From Candidatus Woesearchaeota archaeon (GTDB lineage Archaea; Nanobdellota; Nanobdellia; Woesearchaeales; ARS49): DNA of 64,000 bases. The stretch is from assembly GCA_037445145.1 (NCBI GenBank), contig JBBILB010000006.1, positions 2,064 through 66,063 on the forward strand, in the 5' to 3' direction. Positions within the stretch are counted from its first letter, which is position 1. Each line of letters opens with the position of its first letter. Both the position numbers and the translations under genes were made by a program. The notes under the pieces are model-generated. The model was not told the DNA's origin. It did no database searches and saw only the letters and a program-made list of their open reading frames with translations. Below, in pieces: positions 17,230-26,701 of this stretch.

Positions 17230-20043
17230 TTACGAGCATCCTGTTGTTGAGCCGCAGTTTATGCATTTGTAGCACGTGCCGCTTCTTATTGTGAAGTGTC
17301 CGCAGCTTGGGCATGGCGGCGCGTCTGCTGAGAGGCTTTTTGCGAGCGAGCTTGCATCATTTGGAAGAGAGTGGTTTTGTGCAGGCAGTTTTTGAGATGC
17401 CGGCTCTGTTTTTTGGGCTTTTGCAGGCGGCGGCACGTGCGCAAGGTCTGTCCTGTTGAGGTATTCCATTCCAAGCACTCTGAAGACAAAGTCAACAAGG
17501 CTTGTGCTTGTTTTTATGTTGGGGTGGGTTGTTATTCCTGACGGCTCAAAGCGTGTGAAAGTGAATAACTCAACGAATTTTTCCAGCGGGACTCCGTGCT
17601 GGAGCCCTATGCTGACTGCCTGTGCAATGCAGTTCATCAGACTTCTCATTGGAGAGCCTTCCTTGTGCATGTCTATGCTGAATTCGGCGAGTGAGCCGTC
17701 AGGGAACTCGCTTGTTCGTATAATCAGGCGGTTTCCTGCGACAACAGAGTCAACTGTTATTCCGGTGCGCCTTTGCGCAAGGGTTTTTGCGTCTGCGACG
17801 GCTGGCTTTTTTTGCTGTGCGCTTCCGCCTGCTGTGAGGGGCTGTGAGAGCTTGCACCCGTCCCTGTAGACAGAGACTGCCTTCAGCCCGAGCTTCCAGC
17901 TTTCAACGTAAATTTTTTCTATTTCTTCTACTGTTGTTTCGTTTGGCAGGTTTACTGTTTTTGATAATGAGCCTGAGAGGAATGGCTGGATTGCGGCCAT
18001 CATCCTTATGTGCCCCATGGGGCTTATGAAGCGCTTTCCGTTTCCGCACTTGTTTGCGCAGTCAAACACTGCAAGGTGGTCTTCCTTTATGTGCGGAGCG
18101 CCTTCCATAGCGCCTGTTTCAAGGACGTATGCCTGTATTTCCTTGACCTGCTGTTCTGTGTACCCGAGTCTTCTTAATGCCTTTGGCACGCTTTGGTTGA
18201 TTATCTTGAAATAACCGCCGCCGGCGAGTTTTTTGTATTTCACAAGTGAGAAGTCAGGCTCTACCCCTGTTGTGTCGCAGTCCATGAGGAGCCCTATTGT
18301 TCCTGTTGGCGCGAGCACTGTCACCTGTGCGTTCCTGAAGCCGTATTTTTCGCCGAGCTCAACTGCGTTGTCCCAGTCGTCTCTTGCTGCCTTGAGCAGG
18401 TCTGGGGGGCAGTGCCTTACGTCTATCTTGTATGCTGCGTCGCGGTGCTTTCTTATGACGCGGAGCATTGGTTCCCTGTTTTTTTGGAATCCTGCGAATG
18501 GTCCCTTGACTGATGCCAATTCTGCCGAGACGCAGTATGCGTGGCCGGTCATTATTGCTGTCAGTGCTCCTGCTATTGCGCGGCCTTTGTCTGAGTCATA
18601 AGGCACCCCGAGCACCATTAACAGCGCTCCAAGATTTGCATATCCCAGGCCGAGGGCGCGGAAGTTGTGGGTGTTTTCAGCGATTTGCCTTGTTGGATAG
18701 CTTGCGAAGTCAACAAGTATTTCCTGGGCTATGAGGAATATCCTGCACGCGTGCCTGTATGACTGGATGTCAAAGGTGCCGTCCGCGTTGAGGAATTTCA
18801 TGAGGTTTATGCTTGCGAGGTTGCAGGATGAGTCGTCAAGGAACATGTATTCCGAGCAGGGGTTGCTTGCCTTGATGCGGGCCGTGTTCGGGCAGGTGTG
18901 CCAGTCATTGATTGTCGTGTCAAACTGGACGCCGGGGTCTGCGCACACCCATGCCGCGCGGCATATTTGCTTCATGATGTCTCTTGCGTCGTATTCCTTA
19001 TGCACTTCTCCGGTTGTGCGGTAGCGGGTTTTCCATTTTCCGCCTGTGAGGTATGCCTGCATGAATTCGTCGGTTATGCGCACTGAGTTGTTTGAGTTCT
19101 GCCCTGCGACTGTAAGGTATGCCTCGCCGTTGAAGTCTGCGGAGTATCCTGCTGCGACCAGCGCCTTGACCTTTTTTTCCTCTTCCACTTTCCAGTTTAT
19201 GAATTCAAGGATTTCTGGGTGGTCAAGGTCGAGGCAGACCATTTTTGCCGCCCTGCGCGTTGTTCCTCCTGACTTCATTGAGCCTGCTGCACGGTCAAAG
19301 ACAGCAAGGAACGTCATGAGCCCTGAGCTTGTGCCTCCTCCTGCGAGCTTTTCGTACTTGCTCCTTAATGCTGAGAAGTTTGTGCCTGAGCCGGAGCCGT
19401 ACTTGAACAATTTTGCTTCGCTTTTGACAAGGTCAAAGATGCTGCCCAGGTCGTCTTGTATTGACTGGATGAAGCATGCAGAGCACTGGGGCCTTGCGTA
19501 CGCGCTTGTTGTTTGTTGCAATGATTGCGTGTCAAAGTCCCAGTACCAGTTCCCTCCTGTGCCGGTGATGCCGTACTGGTGGTAAAGCCCGCAGTTGAAC
19601 CAGACAGGCGAGTTGAATGCGCCTTTTTGGTTTATGAGCATGTGGGCAAGCTCCATTTCGAATGCGTCTGCGTCTTCTGTTGACTGGAAGTATCCCAATG
19701 CCTCTCCTGCAAGGCGTATTGTGTTTGAAATCCTGAAAACAACCTGTTTTACGCTTGTTTCGTGGCCTGTGCCCGGCACTCCTGCCTTTCTGAAGTATTT
19801 TGAGACAAGGATGTCAGTTGCGAGCTGTGTCCAGTTCTTTGGCACTTCTGCCCCTTCCAGCTTGAAGACAACCTTTCCGTCAGGTTCTGCTATCACAGAG
19901 GAGCGCTTTTCATACTCTACCTCGTCCAGCGGGTTTACGTCTGGCTTTGTGAAATGCCTTTTTATTTTAAGGCGCGTGTCATTGAGTTCAATCTCTGATG
20001 TATGCAATATGTCCTCTACTGCCCTTTCGCCATTAGAAGCCAT
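17230..20043 (-). CDS. nrdJ: Class II adenosylcobalamin-dependent ribonucleotide reductase with C-terminal TSCPD-like domain
   Basis: FNSPVWFN, QCSACFI, ASNPCSEY, SSCNLASINL, APTGTIG; terminal CPSC...GTC..CINC...GCS. Confidence 0.95.
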   Translation of the reverse strand: MASNGERAVEDILHTSEIELNDTRLKIKRHFTKPDVNPLDEVEYEKRSSVIAEPDGKVVFKLEGAEVPKNWTQLATDILVSKYFRKAGVPGTGHETSVKQVVFRISNTIRLAGEALGYFQSTEDADAFEMELAHMLINQKGAFNSPVWFNCGLYHQYGITGTGGNWYWDFDTQSLQQTTSAYARPQCSACFIQSIQDDLGSIFDLVKSEAKLFKYGSGSGTNFSALRSKYEKLAGGGTSSGLMTFLAVFDRAAGSMKSGGTTRRAAKMVCLDLDHPEILEFINWKVEEEKKVKALVAAGYSADFNGEAYLTVAGQNSNNSVRITDEFMQAYLTGGKWKTRYRTTGEVHKEYDARDIMKQICRAAWVCADPGVQFDTTINDWHTCPNTARIKASNPCSEYMFLDDSSCNLASINLMKFLNADGTFDIQSYRHACRIFLIAQEILVDFASYPTRQIAENTHNFRALGLGYANLGALLMVLGVPYDSDKGRAIAGALTAIMTGHAYCVSAELASVKGPFAGFQKNREPMLRVIRKHRDAAYKIDVRHCPPDLLKAARDDWDNAVELGEKYGFRNAQVTVLAPTGTIGLLMDCDTTGVEPDFSLVKYKKLAGGGYFKIINQSVPKALRRLGYTEQQVKEIQAYVLETGAMEGAPHIKEDHLAVFDCANKCGNGKRFISPMGHIRMMAAIQPFLSGSLSKTVNLPNETTVEEIEKIYVESWKLGLKAVSVYRDGCKLSQPLTAGGSAQQKKPAVADAKTLAQRRTGITVDSVVAGNRLIIRTSEFPDGSLAEFSIDMHKEGSPMRSLMNCIAQAVSIGLQHGVPLEKFVELFTFTRFEPSGITTHPNIKTSTSLVDFVFRVLGMEYLNRTDLAHVPPPAKAQKTEPASQKLPAQNHSLPNDASSLAKSLSADAPPCPSCGHFTIRSGTCYKCINCGSTTGCS

Positions 20044-20090
20044 TTTTTTGTCCCTCTTTTTTCTGTTTTTTTATTTGCTGGTTGTTCAAA

Positions 20091-20108
20091 ACCACAACAA
20101 GTAGTGGT
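20091..20108. promoter_or_regulatory. NrdR box-like palindrome upstream of nrdJ
   Basis: ACCACAACAAGTAGTGGT resembles the NrdR consensus acaCwAtATaTwGtgt; weak second site CCACTAACAGTATGAA 32 bp away. Confidence 0.7.
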
Positions 20109-20143
20109 TATCGTCTGTTCTTGCCACTAACAGTATGAATTAG

Positions 20144-20151
20144 TATTTAAA
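20144..20151 (-). promoter_or_regulatory. TATA box of the nrdJ operon
   Basis: TTTAAATA on the - strand about 100 bp upstream of the nrdJ start. Confidence 0.5.
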
Positions 20152-20345
20152 CATTGTTTAACTGGAAAATAGATAACTGGATTATGATAATAAGAGAAAT
20201 GGTGTTGCTGACTCCTTTAAGCGCCTGGATTATGCTGACTTTTTAGGAGTTCCCTATAAAATAATAGGAAAAAATATAAAGACTCTCGTTTGGAAGTTCA
20301 GACAGACGAAGGAAAATTTTTTAAAAATTTAGAGGATTTATTAAT

Positions 20346-21378
20346 ATGATTATTAAACCTGAAAAACTAGAAAAAAGAGACACTATTGCATTTGTTGCTC
20401 CAGCAAGTGGTTTAGCTGCTTTAGTTCCACACAGGTTAAAGACTGCCAAATCATATTTTGAGAAAAAGGGATATAAAGTTAAGATATATCAATCAGCTTT
20501 GAAAAATGAAGGATTCAGTTCAACATCTCCAGAAGAGCGAGCAAAGGATATTAATGAAGCGTTTAAAGATCCGAAGGTTAAAATGATAATCTCAACTATA
20601 GGAGGAAATTCTTCTCATCAAATATTAGAATTTTTAGATTTTGATTTAATAAAACAAAATCCTAAAATATTTGTAGGCTATTCTGATATTACTTCATTGC
20701 ACTTTGCTTTTCATGTTAAATCAGATTTGGTTACTTTCTACGGACCTACTGCAATTGCCGAGTTTGGAGAATTTCTTAATTTTGAGGAATATACTGAAAA
20801 ATATTTTTTTAAAGCAGTTGCTTCGAATTCTCCAATCGGGATAATAACTCCATCTTCTAGATGGACCGATTGTAAAAAAGCAAACTGGCTCAAAAAAGAA
20901 GATTTAAAGTTAAAAAGAAAATATAGGGAAAATAAAGGTTATGAGTGGTTAAGAGAAGGAAAAGCCGCTGGAAAAATTATTGGTGGGTGCATTACTTCTA
21001 TGATGCATACAAAAGGAACTAAATATTGGCCAGATTTTTCAAATAAAATGCTTTTTTTAGAAACTCCTGAAGGAGAATTTTTTTTTTAGAGGAGAGTCTT
21101 TAGCAAATATTGACGGATACATGGCGGATTTAAAACTTTTAGGAATTTTCGAAAAAATAAAAGGACTAATTTTTGGTAGAGGATTTGGATATACTAATGA
21201 GGAAATAGAAAAACTAAAAAAACTAATACTATTCCATACAAAAGATTTTAATTTTCCAATTTTATACGGTGCAGACATAGGACATACAGATCCTAAGATA
21301 ACCATCCCAATAGGAGTAAAAGTTAGTTTAAACTCAGAAAATAATCATTTTTCAATAGATGAGTCTGGAACAAGATAA
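20346..21378 (+). pseudogene. S66 peptidase (LD-carboxypeptidase/MccF family) split by a frameshift in a T10 tract
   Basis: VAPAS, STIGG, GYSDIT, LFLE in ORF1; GHT in ORF2; deleting one T at 21078-21087 fuses them into 343 aa; AT-rich. Confidence 0.85.
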
Positions 21379-21498
21379 TCAAAAGTAATCCCTCTTTATT
21401 TTATTAAAAATCGTGGTGTACCCGCCATCGCCGAATTCTGAACTCAAAATTTCTACGAAATTTTGCCACGCCTTGCAGGCTTTCACTTCGTTCAGGAC

Positions 21499-21585
21499 GC
21501 CTAACAGCGATTAAGAGGGAAAATCCTACGAATTTTCCCCAAATTTCAGCTACGCTGAAACTTCTCTTAATCGCATATGTTTAAT
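21499..21585 (+). mobile_element. attC-like integron cassette recombination site
   Basis: GCCTAAC-A-GCGATTAAGAG...CTCTTAATCGC-ATA-T-GTT with two internal hairpins, downstream of an AT-rich gene. Confidence 0.5.
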
Positions 21586-21590
21586 GCAGT

Positions 21591-24185
21591 TTATTTCTTC
21601 CTGTGCATCCAGTAGAGGTAAATGCCAAGTGCTATCAGTGCAATGACTGCAATGGCATAGAATACCTTGTCAAGTACAGGTGTTTTTGCCTGTGGCTTAA
21701 CCACGATTATTGGCTCTTGCTTGTAAGTTTCTGCGGGCGGCTCTTCTGCGGCTGCCTTTGGCAGGGGCTTTGGCGTGTAAATGCAGTCCTGCTCTGTCTT
21801 TGGCTTTAGTTTTGTTGTTCCGCAGGAATTCAGGTCGGTGCATTCCCTTGTCTGCTTTGTGTTCACGCATTCGCTCCAGTCATCGCACACCCAGTTTTCA
21901 AAGCAAGAACCAACGGTTGTTGTAGTGTTGAGGGGCCTGTAAACCCCGCCGCTTCCGCCTCCTCCGCTTCCTCCGCCGCTTCCGCCTCCGCCTGCTGACT
22001 GGACTGTTGTCTGCTCGGTTACGGTCAGGTTGATTTGTGTGCCGTTTACGTTATTGTAGGACAAGTTTGCCGTGTTGTTGATTGTTGTGTCGGCAAGCGC
22101 CAATGGCAGGTTTACTGTTATGTTCACGACAATTGTCTGGTTTGCTGTCAGGTTGCCGAGCGCAAATGTGTTGTTTGTCCCTGATACGGGCGTTGGCTGG
22201 GCGCTGTCAAAGACAACCCCTGCCGGATAAATGTCAATCAGGGTGAGGTTGCTTACGTTTGTTATTGTTGGGTCAAGGTTTGTGATTGCTATTGTTATTG
22301 TGTATATGAGTGGGTTTGCCACTGTAATCGGATCTGAGCTGTCTGTCTTTGTCAAATTCAGTGTCAGCCCGCCTTCTGTTGTTGAGAACGTTGTAAAGTG
22401 GGACACGTTGAAGACGTATCCTGCTGTTGGGCTGCCGCTGAGCGGTGTGCACGTGCCTGCAGGGCAGTTCTCAAAGCTGCCGTCGTCGTCCCAGTCAACA
22501 AGCAGTCTTGGTGTTGTGTAATTGAGCCCGAAAAGAGTTATTATTCCTGTTATGTTAAGGTACGGCAGTGCTGTGCTGTTGAGGTGTGCCTTGTTATTTG
22601 AAATATTCAGTTTCGGCTTGTTTATTTCGTCAGAGCCGTTGATTTCAAAAGTGCCCGGAATGTTGAGCGTTCCTGAGGGCATTGTGAATGTTGTGTTAGT
22701 GAAGTTGTTTCTTGTTTCTGCTCCTGCGATTATCCACGAGAGCGTGTTGTTAATCACTGTCCTGGTGAATACTGTTCCGTTGGAAAGCACCAGTTGTATC
22801 CCTATTGCATTTGCACCTGTTGCTGTGATGTTGTTTGACTGGAAGATGTTGTATGATGATGACTCAGTGTAAATTCCCCTTGCAGCCCCTGAACCGCTGA
22901 ACAGCAACGTGTTGTAAGTCATGTTTGTCCTGTTCTGGCGCGTGAAATTGGCCACGTATGTTGCATTGTCGCTGTTGACCTCAATCCTGTTGTTTTCAAA
23001 AACACAGTATTCGCCCTCTGCATACAGCCCGCCGAGCGTTGTGTTGTTTATTGTTGCATTGTTGCCCCTGGCTGTTGACCCTGAGCCGTGCACATATAGC
23101 CCTATGCTGGAAACGCCAACCGGCGTGTTGCTGATTGTTACTGTGTTGTGCATAACTGTTGCATTTGCTTCCACATCATTCTCGTGATACACAGATATGC
23201 CTCTAATTGATGTGAACAACGGGTCAGCTATTGCGCCGATGATTGTAACCACATTGTTCACGATTCTGGGCAGCAGGAGGTAATTTGCAGAAATCCCTGT
23301 TGCAGAGCTGGTCGGCGACGTGATTGTTATTGTGTTGTTTTCAACATGGTTTGTGGTGTTGTGATAAACACCAAGGTCATCAACGCCACTCAGGTAAATG
23401 GCGGTTGCCGAGCCATAGTTTGAGGATGAGAGGTTGTTGTCTGCAACAATGTTGTTGTTTGCGCCATACCTCACGTATATTCCCGGATAAGCAGCGCTTC
23501 CGCCGAAGTTTATGGTATTGTACTTTATAACCGAGTCGTTGGAGTGCACAAAAATGCCCCTGAGGTATTTTGTTCCTGCAACATCTGTTATGTTGTTGTT
23601 AAGGATGCTGTTTGCATTTGCAAGTGTGCCGAGGTATATTCCCGTGCCGTTTTGGCCTGTTATTGTGTTTCCAACAATTGTGTTGTTTATTGAGCCGCCC
23701 GTGAGGTAGATTCCGTGATCATTGTTTGAATGGGTTATTGTTATTGTGTTGTTTTCTATTGTGTTGTTGTGCGAGATGACTCCTGTTTCTGACTCAAGCA
23801 CAATGCCATAGCCTCCGCCAACTGTTGAGTTGAGCCGGATTGTGTTGTTGTAAACATAGCTCAGGTTAACATTTGTAAGATAAACACCTGTATTGGTTCC
23901 TGATGCGGCAATATCCCAAATAATGCACCCCGTGACTGTTATGTTTTTTTGGTTTGTTGCATAAATGGCATTAATGCTTCCATTGGAGTATATTGTGAAC
24001 CCTTGGCAGTCAAGTGTTGCATTGCTTGCATTTATGATTATGCAGTCGGCATTGGCAATTATGTCATTTGCAAGAGTGCTTGAGTCATTGATTGTCACAG
24101 GGCAGCTTGTTATGCTGAATGCAAAAACATAATTGGCAAAACATGCCAAAAGAAGAACACAAATTACGGGGACTGCCTTTCTCAC
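21591..24185 (-). CDS. Cell-surface protein: beta-helix repeats, DUF11-like domain, Gly linker, Cys/Trp module, C-terminal TM anchor
   Basis: Signal peptide, many NN(T/N)I repeats, LTKTDSSDP, GGGGS linker, CFENWVCDDWSEC, TM followed by RKK. Confidence 0.8.
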   Translation of the reverse strand: MRKAVPVICVLLLACFANYVFAFSITSCPVTINDSSTLANDIIANADCIIINASNATLDCQGFTIYSNGSINAIYATNQKNITVTGCIIWDIAASGTNTGVYLTNVNLSYVYNNTIRLNSTVGGGYGIVLESETGVISHNNTIENNTITITHSNNDHGIYLTGGSINNTIVGNTITGQNGTGIYLGTLANANSILNNNITDVAGTKYLRGIFVHSNDSVIKYNTINFGGSAAYPGIYVRYGANNNIVADNNLSSSNYGSATAIYLSGVDDLGVYHNTTNHVENNTITITSPTSSATGISANYLLLPRIVNNVVTIIGAIADPLFTSIRGISVYHENDVEANATVMHNTVTISNTPVGVSSIGLYVHGSGSTARGNNATINNTTLGGLYAEGEYCVFENNRIEVNSDNATYVANFTRQNRTNMTYNTLLFSGSGAARGIYTESSSYNIFQSNNITATGANAIGIQLVLSNGTVFTRTVINNTLSWIIAGAETRNNFTNTTFTMPSGTLNIPGTFEINGSDEINKPKLNISNNKAHLNSTALPYLNITGIITLFGLNYTTPRLLVDWDDDGSFENCPAGTCTPLSGSPTAGYVFNVSHFTTFSTTEGGLTLNLTKTDSSDPITVANPLIYTITIAITNLDPTITNVSNLTLIDIYPAGVVFDSAQPTPVSGTNNTFALGNLTANQTIVVNITVNLPLALADTTINNTANLSYNNVNGTQINLTVTEQTTVQSAGGGGSGGGSGGGGSGGVYRPLNTTTTVGSCFENWVCDDWSECVNTKQTRECTDLNSCGTTKLKPKTEQDCIYTPKPLPKAAAEEPPAETYKQEPIIVVKPQAKTPVLDKVFYAIAVIALIALGIYLYWMHRKK

Positions 24186-24258
24186 TACTAATCACCTCTT
24201 CTTTATAAGGCTATTAATAGGAAGGGTATTTAAATATTGCCCCTGATTCTTTCAGCAC

Positions 24259-25077
24259 ATGGAGGGAATTCATGTTTTTGGGTTTAATCTTGCGCACACT
24301 CTTGATTCTGGGCAGTTTTTCAGGTGTCATTTGCACGATGGCTGGTATTACATAGTGTCCCGGGAAAAGGTTTTCAGGGTAAGGCAGGAAGCTGACAGGT
24401 TGTTTTTTGAGGGAGCTTCTGAGCGCTTTGTGCGTCATTTTTTTGGGCTTGATGAGGATTATTCTCGGATTATGCGCGAATTGTCAAAAGATCCTGCGCT
24501 TAGGATTGCAATTAAGAAATATCCTGGATTAAGGCTTATCAGGCAGGACCCTTGGGAATGCACTGTTGGCTTTCTTTGCTCGCAGTTCTCAAACATAAAG
24601 AAGATTAAGAAAAATATGGACTGTATTGCTGAGAAGTTCGGCTCTCCTGTTTTTTTCAAGGGCAAGAAGTTTTACACTTTTCCTTTGCCCGGCTCGCTTA
24701 ATGATGTTGCACTGCTGAAAAAGTGCGGTGTTGGCTTCAGGGCAAAATACATTGTTGGAGTTAATTCGAGAGTCAGTGATGCATGGTTTGCCCGGCTGAA
24801 AACTCTCCCTTATGAAAAAGCAAAAGAGAGATTAATGGCGCTTCCTGGTATTGGTGAAAAGGTTGCTGACTGCATTTTGCTGTTTGCTCTTGGATTTACA
24901 GAGGCGTTTCCTGTTGATGTGTGGATGGAAAGGGTGATTAAGGAGCAGTATCTTGGGACAAAAAACACAAAATTGAAAGACCTTGCTGATTTTGGAAGGG
25001 AGAAATGGGGCAGAATTGCAGGATATGCACAGCAGTACTTGTATCATTGGAGGCGTTTGCATGGTAAATCACGCTGA
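24259..25077 (+). CDS. 8-oxoguanine DNA glycosylase (OGG1-like, HhH-GPD)
   Basis: TLDSGQFFR, RQDPWE, LPGIGEKVADCILLF, FPVDVW, AGYAQQYL. Confidence 0.9.
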   Translation: MEGIHVFGFNLAHTLDSGQFFRCHLHDGWYYIVSREKVFRVRQEADRLFFEGASERFVRHFFGLDEDYSRIMRELSKDPALRIAIKKYPGLRLIRQDPWECTVGFLCSQFSNIKKIKKNMDCIAEKFGSPVFFKGKKFYTFPLPGSLNDVALLKKCGVGFRAKYIVGVNSRVSDAWFARLKTLPYEKAKERLMALPGIGEKVADCILLFALGFTEAFPVDVWMERVIKEQYLGTKNTKLKDLADFGREKWGRIAGYAQQYLYHWRRLHGKSR

Positions 25078-25711
25078 GATTGATATTGTGCTGAGGAAAT
25101 TGCTTAAGTCGCAGGGCTCTTCAACAATGCTCAACAGGTTGGGCAAAAAGCATGACCCGTTCAGGGTGTTGATATCAACTATTCTCAGCGCGCGTGCAAA
25201 GGACGAAGTTACAGAGGCGGTTTCTGCTGACTTGTTCAGGAAGTATCCGCGTGCTGAAAAGCTGGCAAAGGCTGACAGGAAGGATGTTATCAGGATTATC
25301 AGGAGGATTGGGTTTTATAACACAAAGTCAAGGAATATCATTAATGCTGCAAAGATGCTTGTCAATAAGTTTGGTGGAAAAGTGCCGAAAGATATGGAAA
25401 GGCTTCTTGAGATTCCGGGCGTTGGAAGGAAGGTTGCGAACTGCGTGCTTGTTTATGCTTATGGCGTGCCTGCACTGCCTGTTGACACGCACGTGCACAG
25501 GGTTTCTAACAGGCTTGGCTGGGTTAAGACAAGGACTCCTGAAGAAACAGAGCTTGCCCTTGAGAGAATTGTTCCGCGGAAGCACTGGCTGGTTGTCAAC
25601 GAGGCGTTTGTTTCGCACGGGCAGGCAATTTGCGTTCCAGTATCGCCTTTTTGCTCAAAATGCCCAATAATTAAATACTGCAAGCGCATTTCTGTTGTGA
25701 AATCGAGGTGA
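25061..25711 (+). CDS. nth: Endonuclease III
   Basis: ILSAR, PGVGRKVAN, VDTHVHR, C-x6-C-x2-C-x5-C Fe-S motif. Confidence 0.93.
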   Translation: MVNHAEIDIVLRKLLKSQGSSTMLNRLGKKHDPFRVLISTILSARAKDEVTEAVSADLFRKYPRAEKLAKADRKDVIRIIRRIGFYNTKSRNIINAAKMLVNKFGGKVPKDMERLLEIPGVGRKVANCVLVYAYGVPALPVDTHVHRVSNRLGWVKTRTPEETELALERIVPRKHWLVVNEAFVSHGQAICVPVSPFCSKCPIIKYCKRISVVKSR

Positions 25712-25715
25712 GAAT

Positions 25716-26321
25716 ATGGAATTTAGGGTATGGATTTCGCTGGCAGGTATTTTTTTGCTGTTCCTGATTGCAGGATTTGTTTTTGTTGTGAGGGCATTGT
25801 TCAGGATGAGTGTTTTGCAGTGGGCGCACCACCACAAGGCGCAGGTGAAGGATGAGGCAAAATGGGTGTGGCTGCTTACGTTCCTCCTGACTGTTGGCGT
25901 TGGTGTTGGGGAGTATGTCAAAGCAGGCAATCCTGTGATGTCTGCAAAGTACACTGCAATGACTGTTATCGGGCTTGTGCTTCTTTTGCTTGGTTTTTGG
26001 GTTTGGGCAAGGGCAATGGATGCGCGCAGGCAGTATTTCTGGTTCTTGCAAGTATTGGCTCCAAAGGAGGAACTGCCGCCGTATTCCACAAACGGCATTT
26101 ATGCCACAGTAAGGAATCCGCGGGACCTTGGGCTTTTGCTCGTGGTTTCGGGCATTGCGTGCGCGCTTTCGCTGAAGTTCATGCTGATGTTCGCAGTGCT
26201 CCTGCTTTTTGCGATCGCATACAGGGTGAGCTCGCGCGACAGGGTCTTGATTGAGAAATACGGCAGGGAATACGCGAGTTATATGGGCAGGACAAAAAAA
26301 CTAATCCCATACGTGTACTGA
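25716..26321 (+). CDS. ICMT/PEMT-family membrane methyltransferase-like protein
   Basis: Multiple TM helices; GIYATVRNP, YGREYASY..RTKKLIP. Confidence 0.7.
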   Translation: MEFRVWISLAGIFLLFLIAGFVFVVRALFRMSVLQWAHHHKAQVKDEAKWVWLLTFLLTVGVGVGEYVKAGNPVMSAKYTAMTVIGLVLLLLGFWVWARAMDARRQYFWFLQVLAPKEELPPYSTNGIYATVRNPRDLGLLLVVSGIACALSLKFMLMFAVLLLFAIAYRVSSRDRVLIEKYGREYASYMGRTKKLIPYVY

Positions 26322-26336
26322 GCGGGTGAAGATTTT

Positions 26337-26591
26337 ATGGAACAGCCGTATTCAGATATTGACAGGCAGGAAAGTGAGTTTGAAATAAAGTACAAGAGGC
26401 TTCTTTCTGGTGTCGGGCATGGGAAGATTGGCGCTGACAATGCTCACGTGATGCTTATGCTTGATTATGCAAAGCTGAAAAACAACCCTGACGCGTCTCG
26501 GGTGCCTGACTGCGAAAGGGCTCCGCAAGAAATAAGGTATGACCAGAAATATCAGCCGCAGTTCCTCGGGGAGGACTCAAAGGCAAAATAG
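26337..26591 (+). CDS. Hypothetical protein
   Basis: 84 aa ORF with GGGTGA SD. Confidence 0.45.
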   Translation: MEQPYSDIDRQESEFEIKYKRLLSGVGHGKIGADNAHVMLMLDYAKLKNNPDASRVPDCERAPQEIRYDQKYQPQFLGEDSKAK

Positions 26592-26701
26592 CCTGAAAAG
26601 GAGCCAAAGAAGGATGAGCCTGCGCCAAGGCAGGAATAAACCACTGGTCACTGGTCAGGGATACTGAGGTTTTTTAAGCAATGCTGTTGTTTTGGGCTTT
26701 G

